Assembly: GCA_039810885.1 (NCBI GenBank)
Contig: JBDHXV010000007.1
Coordinates: 1,695 to 65,694 of the forward strand
Source of the DNA: Chitinophagales bacterium
Lineage (GTDB): Bacteria > Bacteroidota > Bacteroidia > Chitinophagales > UBA10324
Reading direction: 5' to 3'
DNA: 64,000 bases
Below, in pieces: positions 1 through 10,525 of the stretch (within the stretch, counting starts at the first letter, position 1; each line of letters opens with the position of its first letter). Made by a program: the position numbers and the translations under genes. Below the pieces are notes generated by a model. It was not told the DNA's origin, made no database searches, and saw only the letters and a list, made by a program, of their open reading frames with translations.

Positions 1-604
1 ACCACATTACTGCATTATATCCATAGGGTGCTCCCATTATGGGCCCCCAGCCGGTTTGTCCGCTTCCTTTCCCTTGATGATAGGGACTTGTTCTGTTACA
101 AGAAGCATCATATTTTCCATGATGACTGAGCCATAAAGTATGACCAATCTCATGTGCTGCAGCATCCGCCACATACTCAGGCCAGGAGGCCAAATTATTT
201 ACAAATACCCATGCGGGCTCATAAGCCGGCATTCCGAAACCCCCTATAAAAGATACTCCGCCGGCTGAACCGTACCACGATGACGAAGTGGTTAAAACCA
301 CTCGAAGCCTCTTTGCAGGAGCTGCTGCCTGAAAAACCGAAAGGGCTGTAGTAATATTTAAATCAAATGGGCGATACTTTTCTGCAACACGATTAAAAAC
401 TTCAATTATCTGTACATTATTAAAACCACTCGATGCCGCATCAATTGTAGAAGCGTACCAGTTTGTATTATTAATAACTTCTCCATCAAAATCTAAGTAC
501 ACAACGAATTGGCTCGATGGTAAGCTGCTCAGTGACGGTACTTGTGCAAAGAGAAGCAGGTTATTTAGTAAAAAAGCAACCAGTAGTATGGTAAATCTCT
601 TCAT
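1..604 (-). CDS. Secreted zinc metalloprotease, metzincin/reprolysin-like; N-terminal part only, 3' end lies beyond the window edge
   Basis: Own minus-strand translation from the ATG at 602-604 gives MKRFTILLVAFLLNNLLLFAQ (signal peptide) and later AAAHEIGHTLWLSHH (HExxHxxxxxH zinc site). The frame is open to position 1. It is missing from the ORF track because it is truncated. Confidence 0.7.
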   Translation of the reverse strand, partial: MKRFTILLVAFLLNNLLLFAQVPSLSSLPSSQFVVYLDFDGEVINNTNWYASTIDAASSGFNNVQIIEVFNRVAEKYRPFDLNITTALSVFQAAAPAKRLRVVLTTSSSWYGSAGGVSFIGGFGMPAYEPAWVFVNNLASWPEYVADAAAHEIGHTLWLSHHGKYDASCNRTSPYHQGKGSGQTGWGPIMGAPYGYNAVMW

Positions 605-642
605 GTTGTTGTTAAGGCTTTTGGAAGATGAGTAATGAAGAA

Positions 643-1095
643 TTATTCGACGACAATATTTTCAGTATCGGTCTTTGTAAAAACAAACTCCCGTTCATTG
701 AACGAGGTCAGTTGATAAGCGTCAGAGTATGCATGATTCACAATATGAGCGCGGTATAACACCTTGCCGTTCTTATATGTTTTATTCACATTAAATAAAG
801 TGCCCTTAGGTAAATTATTTATGACATAAGCAATCGTTTCACTACCATCCTCCCATTGTTGGCGTTTTACAAATGTCAATTCCATTTGTGTCCTATCATC
901 CAACGATATGTGCATATTTGTTTGTGATTTTTCTTGCAACATCTGATTCATTTCCGCAGTAGATAGTCGGAAAGATATAGGCCAGGATTGCAGCATCTTG
1001 GGCAGTTCTTTTTGGCGAAATACAGATGGCTGTGCAACGACAGAAAGCGAACACACAGCGATTAAAACGGATACAACAAGGATGCGCTTTTTCAT
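643..1095 (-). CDS. Hypothetical secreted protein (150 aa)
   Basis: ORF with an N-terminal signal peptide (MKKRILVVSVLIAVCSLSVVAQP). It lies directly upstream of the metalloprotease on the same strand. I recognise no family. Confidence 0.5.
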   Translation of the reverse strand: MKKRILVVSVLIAVCSLSVVAQPSVFRQKELPKMLQSWPISFRLSTAEMNQMLQEKSQTNMHISLDDRTQMELTFVKRQQWEDGSETIAYVINNLPKGTLFNVNKTYKNGKVLYRAHIVNHAYSDAYQLTSFNEREFVFTKTDTENIVVE

Positions 1096-1292
1096 TTTAG
1101 CTTTTTATGTTTATTCGATGAGGTTGTGTAATTGTGCGATGAAATTGTGTTTTTCGCCGTTCAAATATTCTTTTTATTTTAAAATGGCGTTAGTTTATTT
1201 GTCCACATCTTATGCACACTATCTATAATCGGCATAAAACAGAACTGCAAATGATGCTTTTACTAACTTCACCCGCCATTTGATTTTTTTAT

Positions 1293-2636
1293 ATGAAACA
1301 TCTTCTGATAACCGCTTCATTCGCAACAGTACTATTATACAGTGCCTGCACCTCTAATCATAAATTAACGGATAAAAACAACGTTATGAACAAAATATAT
1401 AGGCAGCCTACAAACATCGAGCGTATAGTGATGTATCAGGTGTTCGTGCGCAACTTTTCTAAAGAAGGTTCTTTTAATGCCCTTACTCATCGCCTAAATG
1501 ACTTAAAGGCTTTAGGTGTAAACACTCTATGGCTTATGCCAATTCAACCTACCGGATTAAAGCAGCACAAGGGTACTTATGGCTCTCCCTATGCGATTAA
1601 AGACTATACGGCAGTGCATCCCGACTATGGCACTAAAGAAGATTTTAAAAAACTGGTCGATTCGTGTCATTCTTTGGGTTTAAATATTATCATTGACTTA
1701 GTAGCCAATCACACATCGTGGGATTGTAAGTGGATCACTGAACATCCGGATTGGTACATACACGACAGCAACGGTCACATTGTATCACCCGTGCCCGACT
1801 GGACAGATGTAGCCGATTTAAATTATGATAACTCTGCAATGCGCACAGAGATGATTAAAGACATGAAGTATTGGGTTGAGGAGTTTGACATAGATGGCTA
1901 TCGTTGTGATGTTGCCGAAATGGTTCCAAATGATTTTTGGAAATCGGCCATTGATAGTTTGAAAAAGATTAAGCCTGTGATTATGCTTGCCGAAGGAGCA
2001 AAGCCTGACTTATATGAGGCCGGCTTTCAAATAACCTACGGGTGGGACTTTTATCACAACCTTAAACAGGTTTTTAATAATAAAGCGGGGCTGGCAAAAC
2101 TAGACTCTGTATTAGCCAAAGAAAAAGTTCAATATCCGACCCACTTTAAACAACTGCGATTTATCACCAATCATGACGAGAACAGTTGGGATAACGTGCC
2201 CCAAAATTTGTTTGTTAATCTCGATGGGACAAAGGCGGCTTTTGTTATTTCTGCCTGCATACCGGGTGTTCCTTTAGTATATAATGGTCAGGAAGTGGGG
2301 TATCCAGAAAAAATAAACTTATTTGAGAAGTATTCAATAGATTATAGTGCGAATCCTGAATTAACTAAATTTTATGTTGACATACTCCATCTTAAAGAGC
2401 ATCCTGCGCTATTTGAGAATAGCATTACAAGGATAGATATCAAAAACAATGATGTTTATGCATTTGTTAGTGAGGGGCATGGGCAGAGGGTACTTGTTGT
2501 TGTCAATGTGCGAAATAGACCATCCGCTTTCCACATCTCCAAAGAATTTACTCCTTTAAAAAATCTGTTTGGATACAACATAAGCGATCAAACACAAGTT
2601 TTGCCCACCTTTGCTTACAGCATTTCTCAACTTTAA
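1293..2636 (+). CDS. Alpha-amylase family glycoside hydrolase (GH13), lipoprotein-type signal
   Basis: All four GH13 conserved regions are present: DLVANHTS, DGYRCDVAEM, MLAEG and FITNHDEN. The N-terminus LLYSAC looks like a lipobox. Confidence 0.9.
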   Translation: MKHLLITASFATVLLYSACTSNHKLTDKNNVMNKIYRQPTNIERIVMYQVFVRNFSKEGSFNALTHRLNDLKALGVNTLWLMPIQPTGLKQHKGTYGSPYAIKDYTAVHPDYGTKEDFKKLVDSCHSLGLNIIIDLVANHTSWDCKWITEHPDWYIHDSNGHIVSPVPDWTDVADLNYDNSAMRTEMIKDMKYWVEEFDIDGYRCDVAEMVPNDFWKSAIDSLKKIKPVIMLAEGAKPDLYEAGFQITYGWDFYHNLKQVFNNKAGLAKLDSVLAKEKVQYPTHFKQLRFITNHDENSWDNVPQNLFVNLDGTKAAFVISACIPGVPLVYNGQEVGYPEKINLFEKYSIDYSANPELTKFYVDILHLKEHPALFENSITRIDIKNNDVYAFVSEGHGQRVLVVVNVRNRPSAFHISKEFTPLKNLFGYNISDQTQVLPTFAYSISQL

Positions 2637-5076
2637 TTCTCGTTTTGTGAATAAAAATCTTCTTCGACATGACCCCGCAATAAAATCCGTGGGAAGTATA
2701 GCGAATGCTACCACTATAGAAAACGGATATCTTTTCGCTTGCGAAAATGCCCTGGTTAAACTTGAACTATTTAATGCCGGCACCGTTCGGGTTAATACGA
2801 TTCGTGCGAATAAAGAATTTGAGAAATTTTCTTACGTCGTTAACGGCACTCCTATTTATACTCCCCATGAATACTTTGAAGAGAGCGATTATATATTAAT
2901 TCAAACAGCAAAGATTAAAATTCGAATTAACAAGAATCCGTTACGTGTACAATTCTTAACTCTTCAAGGACAAATTATTAATCAAGATCATCCATCGTTC
3001 GGAACAAGTTGGATTGGGAGCGAAATTGCTTCTTACAAGAGCATTCAACCAAATGAAATTTTTGTCGGTTTGGGAGAAAAGACCGGCAATCTAAATCGGC
3101 GCGGAAGCTATTACACGCATTGGAACACAGACTACTTCGCCTACCCTACTAACGGCGACCCGCTTTATGTTTCTACTCCCTTTTTTATTGGCATACATGG
3201 TGGACTTTGTTACGGGCTTTTTTACAATAACTCTTATAATTCCAAAATGGACTTTGGTGCCAGTAACGACCGCTTCACCTCGTTTAGTGCTGCTGATGGT
3301 GAGATGGATTACTATTTTTTTTATGATGACACAATCTCCGGCATCCTAAGTCAATACACCTCACTTACCGGACACATGCACCTGCCTCCTCTGTGGTCTT
3401 TAGGATTTCAGCAGTGCCGCTACAGTTATTATCCCGATAAAGAAGTGTTAAATGTGGCGCGCACATTTAGAGAAAAAGACATACCCGCCGATGTCATATA
3501 CTTAGATATCCATTATATGGACAAGTATAAGGTCTTTACATGGCATCCCGAACATTTTGCCAATCCAGATGAAATGATTGAACAATTGAGTGAGATAGGA
3601 TTTCATACAGTATTAATTTTAGATCCCGGAGTTAAGATTGAAAGCGGATATACTATTTACGAAGAGGGAATAGAAAAAAATCTTTTTCTCAAATATCCCG
3701 ATGGCGATTTATATCGCGGAGATGTTTGGCCGGGAAAGTGCCACTTTCCTGACTTTTCTAATCCCGAAACCCGACTATGGTGGGGAGAAAAATATGCTCC
3801 CTTAATACAATCCGGCATTGAGGGCTTTTGGAATGATATGAATGAGCCTGCAACATGGGGAAAGAGTATTCCCGACATGGTAGAGTTTAACTATGAGGGT
3901 ATCGGAGCAACACACCGCAAGGCACATAATCTTTACGGATTATTGATGGCGCGCAGCACGTATGAGGGTACCAAAGAGCGGTTAATGGGTAAACGTCCTT
4001 TTGTACTCACACGCAGCGGATTTAGTGGCATTCAACGATATGCGGCCGTATGGACAGGAGATAATATAGCCTCTGACGAGCACATGTTTTGCGGGGTGCG
4101 CTTGGTTAATAGCCTGGGGTTAGCCGGTATTCCATTTGCAGGATATGATGTGGGCGGATTTGCAGGTGAAGCCAGCCCCGAGCTTTTTGCAAGATGGATT
4201 GCTCTGGGAGCATTTTCGCCATTTTTTCGCTGCCACAGCATGATTAATAGTCGAGACGCGGAGCCTTGGTCCTTCGGCGAAGAAGTAGAAGAAATATCTC
4301 GAAACTATATCAAGCTGCGATACCGACTCCTTCCTTATATCTATTCTACATTTTATGAGGCTTCACAAAGTGGGGTGCCCGTGCAACGCAGCCTTGTTCT
4401 AAATTATATGAACGATGCTCGCATTTATTCAACTGACTATCAAAACGAATACTTGTTTGGCTCCTCTTTTCTGATTGCACCCATCTCGTCAACACAAGTA
4501 TTATCTAAGATATATTTACCCGAAGGATTTTGGTATGATTTCTTTACAGATAAAGCCCACGATGGCAATAGTGAAATCATAATTGATACACCCAAAGGCA
4601 GCCTGCCGGTACTGGTAAAGGGTGGCTCCATTATACCCATGCAATCTGCCGTTGCACATACAGGTGTTGAAGGAGATGATACAATGGAAATTCATCTATA
4701 CAATGGAGTACTGAAAAATTCTTTTACTTATTATGAAGATGACGGCTCAACATTCGCTTATGAGGAGCTTCAATATTATTTGAGAGAAATAATTTTAGAT
4801 TCAGAGATCAAACAACTTTCATTAAAGGCCAAGAGTGGGCAATACCATAGCAGATTTAAGAGTGCCCGCATTTATTTTCATGGATTTAAGATGGAGAGGC
4901 CCATTCAGAAAAATGGCCTTGCATTAACTTTACGATATACTGATTATCGTTTTGTTTTACCTCTTTCCAACTTTGACCCTTGGGATAAAGAGCAAGACGC
5001 AAGCAAAATGATAAGGGATTTGCCCTATGTGCAGATCGCTCTGAGCGATGAGGAGATTATTCTGTGTTGGAGGTAA
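2611..5076 (+). CDS. GH31 alpha-glucosidase
   Basis: Contains the WNDMNEP nucleophile motif and the AAVWTGDN acid/base motif. The frame has no ATG for more than 200 codons, so the start must be TTG at 2611 or GTG at 2647. The exact start is uncertain. Confidence 0.88.
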   Translation: MLTAFLNFNSRFVNKNLLRHDPAIKSVGSIANATTIENGYLFACENALVKLELFNAGTVRVNTIRANKEFEKFSYVVNGTPIYTPHEYFEESDYILIQTAKIKIRINKNPLRVQFLTLQGQIINQDHPSFGTSWIGSEIASYKSIQPNEIFVGLGEKTGNLNRRGSYYTHWNTDYFAYPTNGDPLYVSTPFFIGIHGGLCYGLFYNNSYNSKMDFGASNDRFTSFSAADGEMDYYFFYDDTISGILSQYTSLTGHMHLPPLWSLGFQQCRYSYYPDKEVLNVARTFREKDIPADVIYLDIHYMDKYKVFTWHPEHFANPDEMIEQLSEIGFHTVLILDPGVKIESGYTIYEEGIEKNLFLKYPDGDLYRGDVWPGKCHFPDFSNPETRLWWGEKYAPLIQSGIEGFWNDMNEPATWGKSIPDMVEFNYEGIGATHRKAHNLYGLLMARSTYEGTKERLMGKRPFVLTRSGFSGIQRYAAVWTGDNIASDEHMFCGVRLVNSLGLAGIPFAGYDVGGFAGEASPELFARWIALGAFSPFFRCHSMINSRDAEPWSFGEEVEEISRNYIKLRYRLLPYIYSTFYEASQSGVPVQRSLVLNYMNDARIYSTDYQNEYLFGSSFLIAPISSTQVLSKIYLPEGFWYDFFTDKAHDGNSEIIIDTPKGSLPVLVKGGSIIPMQSAVAHTGVEGDDTMEIHLYNGVLKNSFTYYEDDGSTFAYEELQYYLREIILDSEIKQLSLKAKSGQYHSRFKSARIYFHGFKMERPIQKNGLALTLRYTDYRFVLPLSNFDPWDKEQDASKMIRDLPYVQIALSDEEIILCWR

Positions 5077-5266
5077 TAACTCATTTTTGTTTTAATAGGA
5101 ATTGAATGAGAAATATCAATGAGACATTGATTTTAATAAAAAATGGCACTACGCAGTATTATCCTTATCAGATCTGTTGCTTAAATCAAAACCTTATTTC
5201 TCAGGCTTAACATTAATTTTACTAAGTCTGTTTATAGATTGATTGAAACGGACCTAATATTTTACA

Positions 5267-6043
5267 ATGAACGATTTAGAAAAATATTTTCGAGAGAAGA
5301 ATAAACGCCTTATTCACAAATGGTCTCATTATTTTGATATTTATGAGAGGCACTTCAGCCGATTTAGAAATAAAGAGATCGTCGTTCTTGAAATCGGTAT
5401 TTCGCAGGGCGGAAGCCTGCAAATGTGGAAAGACTATTTTGGTCCTAAGGCACGGATTTATGGCATTGACATAGATCCACGATGTAAAGATTTAGAAGAA
5501 GAAAATATCAATATATTCATTGGCTCTCAGTCCGATCGTGATTTTTTGCGACAGGTTAAAAAGCAAATACCTCAAATTGATATTCTTATTGATGACGGAG
5601 GGCACACAATGAGGCAACAAATCGTCACGTTTGAAGAAATGTTTGATGCCGTTAAAGAGAGCGGGGTATATCTGTGTGAAGACACACACACCTCTTACTG
5701 GCTCGAGTATGGCGGCGGTTACAAACGGCATGGTACATTTATAGAATATACAAAGAATTTTATTGATTACATCAACGCCTATCACTCGGAGCAAAAGTTA
5801 TTTAAGCCCAATAGTTTTACCCGCTCAGTAGATTCTGTGCATTATTATGATAGCATCGTCGTAATTGAGAAAAGAAAAAGAGACAAGCCGCTAAATGAAA
5901 TGGCGGGCACAATATCGTTTCCTCGTCATTTACCGCCTGAAGGCCGCTATAATATATACAAGACACTTGTCAGAGAGAAAAGTCTCATAGCAATCAATAA
6001 ATTTTTACGTTTCTTCCGCTTCGGCGGTTTTATCTTGAGATAA
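5267..6043 (+). CDS. Class I SAM-dependent methyltransferase (CmcI/TylF-like)
   Basis: Contains VVLEIGISQGGS (motif I) and the ILIDDGGH pattern typical of the CmcI-type O-methyltransferase fold. Confidence 0.65.
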   Translation: MNDLEKYFREKNKRLIHKWSHYFDIYERHFSRFRNKEIVVLEIGISQGGSLQMWKDYFGPKARIYGIDIDPRCKDLEEENINIFIGSQSDRDFLRQVKKQIPQIDILIDDGGHTMRQQIVTFEEMFDAVKESGVYLCEDTHTSYWLEYGGGYKRHGTFIEYTKNFIDYINAYHSEQKLFKPNSFTRSVDSVHYYDSIVVIEKRKRDKPLNEMAGTISFPRHLPPEGRYNIYKTLVREKSLIAINKFLRFFRFGGFILR

Positions 6044-6411
6044 TACCAGTTGGTCGTAAAGTGGCTAGAATGTAATTTCATTACCGCTGCTGTTCGGCAT
6101 AATTTAAAATATAAATACAGAATTTTGGGGTGCTGCATCTGAAGCGACAAATTCCTTTTTAAGGTTAATAATGTCAATATAAATAAGTATGATAGGAGTT
6201 TGATACAATATCTAAATAAATAATGTGCTGGCTCATGAATATGTAGCATAATATCCAAATTAATTATTGGCAAGGTGGCACTTTACGTCTTATTGAATCT
6301 CTATCTGACCTCTTGTTAGAAAGAGGGCTTCGTATTAAATGCCGATTATTGTTACTCAGATACAGATTGCTCCATTAATAATAAATTTGATTCTCGTTAA
6401 CTGTATAAATA

Positions 6412-7056
6412 ATGGAAGAACAATGGCTTAAGCAGTGGAACAATCGGTTTAGCAAAGAAGATTATGCATACGGAGAGCTACCTAATGAATTTTTAAAAGA
6501 GCAGTTGAAAAAATTTATACCCGGTGAAATTCTGTTCGGTGCTGAAGGAGAGGGTCGAAATTCAGTTTACGCTGCCCGTTTCGGTTGGAATGTCTGTGCT
6601 TTCGACATCAGTATCGAAGGAAAGAAAAAAGCACTTCGTCTTGCTGAAAAAAACAACGTGGTTATAGATTACCGTATAGGCGCTTTGCCTGAATTAGGTT
6701 TTAAAAACGAACAGTTTGATGTGGTAGCACTAATTTATGCCCACTTCCCACCAAATATTCGCGCCGAGTATCACCACTTACTCAATTCATACTTACGAGA
6801 AGGTGGACACATTCTCTTTGAAGCATTTGGTAAAAACCACCTCGAGTACAGGCGCCGTAATGAGAAAGTTGGGGGGCCTTCAGATTATAACATGCTTTTT
6901 TCAAAAGAAGAATTGACTACCGCATTCAATAACTTTGACATCATTAAGTTAGAAGAAAAGGTTGTTGAATTAAACGAAGGGACATATCATGTCGGCTTAG
7001 GTTCCGTTATTCGGTTTGTAGGAAAAAAAACGAGGCCACCCTCAGTTCAAAAATAA
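6412..7056 (+). CDS. Class I SAM-dependent methyltransferase (TehB/TPMT-like size)
   Basis: Contains the Rossmann motif I-like stretch GAEGEGRNSVYAARFGWNVCAFDIS. Length is 214 aa. Confidence 0.7.
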   Translation: MEEQWLKQWNNRFSKEDYAYGELPNEFLKEQLKKFIPGEILFGAEGEGRNSVYAARFGWNVCAFDISIEGKKKALRLAEKNNVVIDYRIGALPELGFKNEQFDVVALIYAHFPPNIRAEYHHLLNSYLREGGHILFEAFGKNHLEYRRRNEKVGGPSDYNMLFSKEELTTAFNNFDIIKLEEKVVELNEGTYHVGLGSVIRFVGKKTRPPSVQK

Positions 7057-7069
7057 TTCGTGCGATTTT

Positions 7070-7612
7070 ATGAAATCCTTCTTTTTGCTTTGTCTCTGCT
7101 TTTTTGTTTTCTCTGTTTGTTTTGGTCAGGCGCATCAGAAGATTAGACTTCTGTATAGCAGCGCCGATATTACAAATATTGCTGATGACACTATACAAGT
7201 AAAAAGAATTCGTGTGGCGTTGCACTCGAACTCAATTATCGTTCGTCTGACAAATAAAACACGGCTCGCATTCCCTACCGATAGAATTTGGGGATACCGC
7301 GAAAAAGGTAATGTCATATATCGCTACTACCAAGGTGAGTTTTACAGAGTAATGCAAGTAGATACACTAGTTGTTTATGCTAAATGGGTATCTGGCTATA
7401 AGTCGGGGCACTATAATTATTATTTAAGCATTGGCTTAAATCAAGAATTGCATCGCTTAGATATGAAAAATTTAAAAAATCTCTTTGCCGGTAATCTCTG
7501 TTTTCTACAAAAGATGCGTTATGAATTAAAATGGTATCAGGATTATTCCTCCTATGATTATTCAAATAAATCCTATAGAGTTATTGAATTCTTTAAAGAC
7601 TGCATCAATTGA
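7070..7612 (+). CDS. Hypothetical secreted protein (180 aa)
   Basis: Signal peptide MKSFFLLCLCFFVFSVCFGQA. I recognise no family. Confidence 0.5.
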   Translation: MKSFFLLCLCFFVFSVCFGQAHQKIRLLYSSADITNIADDTIQVKRIRVALHSNSIIVRLTNKTRLAFPTDRIWGYREKGNVIYRYYQGEFYRVMQVDTLVVYAKWVSGYKSGHYNYYLSIGLNQELHRLDMKNLKNLFAGNLCFLQKMRYELKWYQDYSSYDYSNKSYRVIEFFKDCIN

Positions 7613-7629
7613 TTGTGGCTTAACAGAAG

Positions 7630-10506
7630 TTACAGTTTGCGTTTGATTTCAACTTCTTCATAACCTTCAATGACGTCTCCAACTTTAAGATCGTTGTAGT
7701 TTTTAATAGTTATACCGCACTCCATACCCGCACTTACATCTTTAACATCATCTTTAAATCGCTTTAATGAGCTTAACTCACCGGTGTAAATCACAATGCC
7801 TTCGCGAATCAGATGTATCTTAGTGTTGCGCGTAATCTTTCCGTCTGTAACAAAGCATCCGGCAACGGCCCCCACCTTACTTATTTTAAACACATCACGA
7901 ACTTCAATATTGCATACAATCTTCTCTTCAATCTTTGGTTCAAGCATACCCTCCATAGCGCCTTTGATTTCTTCGATGGCATCATAAATGATAGAGTATA
8001 GGCGAATTTCAATATTTTCTTTTTCTGCAAGCTTCCTTGCTCCAACAGATGGGCGCACCTGAAAGCCAACGATGATGGCATCTGATGCAGATGCTAGCAA
8101 TACATCACTTTCGGTAATTTGTCCTACACCTCGAAAGACAATACGTACTTGTATTTCTAGAGTAGATAATTTTAACAGTGAATCTGATAATGCTTCTACA
8201 GATCCATCGAAATCGGCTTTTACAATTACATTTAACTCTTTAAAGTTGCCCAGTGCTAACCGGCGTCCAATTTCATCGAGTGTTATATGCTTTTTCGTTC
8301 GAATTCCTTGTTCACGAACGATCTGTGCGCGCTTGGTTGCCATTTGCTTGGCTTCCTGTTCATCATCATATCCTTTGAATTTCTCTCCGGCCTGAGGTGC
8401 CCCATCGAGTCCAAGAATCAACACCGGAGTAGAGGGTCCCGCCTCTTGCAAGCGGGTTCCACGCTCGTTAAACATAGCTTTTATTCGACCAAAATTGCTG
8501 CCTGCCACAATGATATCTCCGGCATGCAGCGTCCCTTCTTGTACTAATATGGTTGCGATATATCCACGACCCTTATCGAGGGTTGCCTCAATAACAGATC
8601 CCGTAGGCAACTTATCCGGATTGGCCTTAAGATTTAAGATTTCTGCTTCAAGCAGAATTTTCTCTAAAAGTAAATCCACGTTCGTTCCGTTCTTAGCAGA
8701 AATTTCTTGTGTTTGGAACTTTCCACCCCATTCTTCTACCAATATATTCATAGAAGCCAGTTGTTCGCGTATTTTTTCTGCATTTGCTCCGGGCTTGTCC
8801 ATTTTGTTAAAAGCAAACACAATAGGCACTCCGGCTGCTTGCGCATGGCTGATAGCTTCTTTTGTCTGTGGCATAACACTGTCGTCTGCAGCAATTACAA
8901 TCACAGCGATATCCGTAATCTTAGCTCCACGAGCACGCATAGCGGTAAATGCTTCGTGACCCGGTGTATCCAAGAATGTAATTTTCTTATCGCCTTTCGT
9001 CACTTCATAAGCGCCTATATGTTGTGTTATTCCACCTACTTCTCCCGCAACTACATTTGCTTCGCGGATATAGTCCAGTAACGATGTTTTACCATGATCA
9101 ACGTGACCCATAATTGTAACAATTGGTGCGCGTGGCTTTAGGCTCTCTTCATCATCCTCTAAGTCTTCTGCCTCCAAGTCTGCCTGCTCCTCAATAGTTA
9201 TAAATGAAATTTCTTTGCCAAATTCATGAGAAACTAATTCAATAATTTCTGCATCTAGCCTTTGATTGATAGAGGCAATAATGCCTAGACTCATACAAGT
9301 CTTTATTACATCAACTACTGTAACCCCAAGCAAGCTGGCTAACTCAGACGCGCTGATGAACTCCGTCACCTGTATCACCGATTTTTCATTGTCTGAAATG
9401 GATTCCTTTTCTGCTTCTGCTTCCTTACGTTTTAAACGACGATAGTCTGCTTTTGTAGGCTTGCCCTTGGGGCCGCTTCCAAGTCGCGCCATTGTTTCTT
9501 TAATCTTATCCTGTATTTCTTTTTCTGAAACTTCCGGTGTGTCCGTCCTATCATGCCTACCCTTGCTAACTTGGTCGCGACGCTGATTGGAGTCGCGCCT
9601 TTGTGTCTGCTCTCGCTTAAGGTTATTGGGAGCAGTTGGTTTCTGTTGTGCGCTGCTATATATCCTTTTGCGCTGGCGCTTCTTTTCTTGCTGTGCTTCT
9701 TTTTGTTGCGCTTGCGCTTGAGCCACCGCCTTCTCTTTATCTTCAATTGCTTTAAGGTCAATCTTACCTAAGACTTTGGGTCCGCTGAGCACCTCGTATT
9801 CTGTCTTTTTATTAACTTCTTGTGGTGCCGGTGGCTCCGTTTCTGTTATTAAAGGTGCGGCAACTTCTTCTTTGGGCGATACCTCTTTTACTTCTTTGGC
9901 AGGCTCCGGCTTTGCTTCAATTTCATCTGATTTTGTCTTCTTACGACCCTTGGTTTTAGGTGGTTCGATCTTTTCTTCTTTAGGCGCTTCTTCTTTTACT
10001 CTCGCTTTTTGCTCCAAATCGATTTTGCCAACTACTTTGGGGCCTTCTAAGGTGGGTGCTTTTAACTTTTTATTTTCTATTTCTACTTCTTCGGGAGCTT
10101 CTTCTTTCTGTTGCTTCTCCTTTGGAGCTTCTTCTATAGGAGGCGGCTGTATCGTCTTTGTTTCTTTAACGGGTTCCTGTTTTGCTAAAGACTCTTTTGG
10201 AGTTACATTTTTAATGAGAATCTCTTTTTCCTCGCGCTTGGTTGAGATAGTCTTTTTAGGCTCTTCATCGGGAGGAGAGGCCACTGTCCGTCCCAGGCTT
10301 ATTTTGTCAGCCTTTTGTTTTGCTGCTTTGTCTTGAGAAAATTCTGCCAACAACACGCTATACATTTCTGATGAAATTTTAGATGTTGGTTTATTCTCCA
10401 CCTTAAAGCCCTTTGAGTTAAGAAACTCAACGACATGGGCTACCCCAATATTCAGTTCTTTGGCTACTGCTAAAATTCGTTTTTCTGTTGGTGCTGTTTC
10501 TGACAT
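7630..10506 (-). CDS. infB: Translation initiation factor IF-2
   Basis: Contains the GTPase G1 motif [12 protein letters not shown] plus DTPGHEAF and NKMD, with a long K/E/P-rich N-terminal region. Located downstream of nusA. Confidence 0.97.
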   Translation of the reverse strand: MSETAPTEKRILAVAKELNIGVAHVVEFLNSKGFKVENKPTSKISSEMYSVLLAEFSQDKAAKQKADKISLGRTVASPPDEEPKKTISTKREEKEILIKNVTPKESLAKQEPVKETKTIQPPPIEEAPKEKQQKEEAPEEVEIENKKLKAPTLEGPKVVGKIDLEQKARVKEEAPKEEKIEPPKTKGRKKTKSDEIEAKPEPAKEVKEVSPKEEVAAPLITETEPPAPQEVNKKTEYEVLSGPKVLGKIDLKAIEDKEKAVAQAQAQQKEAQQEKKRQRKRIYSSAQQKPTAPNNLKREQTQRRDSNQRRDQVSKGRHDRTDTPEVSEKEIQDKIKETMARLGSGPKGKPTKADYRRLKRKEAEAEKESISDNEKSVIQVTEFISASELASLLGVTVVDVIKTCMSLGIIASINQRLDAEIIELVSHEFGKEISFITIEEQADLEAEDLEDDEESLKPRAPIVTIMGHVDHGKTSLLDYIREANVVAGEVGGITQHIGAYEVTKGDKKITFLDTPGHEAFTAMRARGAKITDIAVIVIAADDSVMPQTKEAISHAQAAGVPIVFAFNKMDKPGANAEKIREQLASMNILVEEWGGKFQTQEISAKNGTNVDLLLEKILLEAEILNLKANPDKLPTGSVIEATLDKGRGYIATILVQEGTLHAGDIIVAGSNFGRIKAMFNERGTRLQEAGPSTPVLILGLDGAPQAGEKFKGYDDEQEAKQMATKRAQIVREQGIRTKKHITLDEIGRRLALGNFKELNVIVKADFDGSVEALSDSLLKLSTLEIQVRIVFRGVGQITESDVLLASASDAIIVGFQVRPSVGARKLAEKENIEIRLYSIIYDAIEEIKGAMEGMLEPKIEEKIVCNIEVRDVFKISKVGAVAGCFVTDGKITRNTKIHLIREGIVIYTGELSSLKRFKDDVKDVSAGMECGITIKNYNDLKVGDVIEGYEEVEIKRKL

Positions 10507-10525
10507 TCTGGGGTTAAGTTATGGA

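Noticed and set aside
5947-6273. 108-aa minus-strand ORF spanning the spacer between the two methyltransferase genes
   Set aside because: It overlaps the 3' end of the 5267-6043 gene, it is hydrophobic and basic low-complexity sequence, and no promoter box or homolog pattern was seen. The 368-bp spacer stays unassigned.
7796-10336. Many plus-strand ORFs (62-186 aa) inside infB, including 9776-10336 (186 aa) and 8495-8959 (154 aa)
   Set aside because: They are antisense shadows of a strongly supported, conserved gene. Their translations are low-complexity S/F/L/C-rich sequence with no recognisable motifs.
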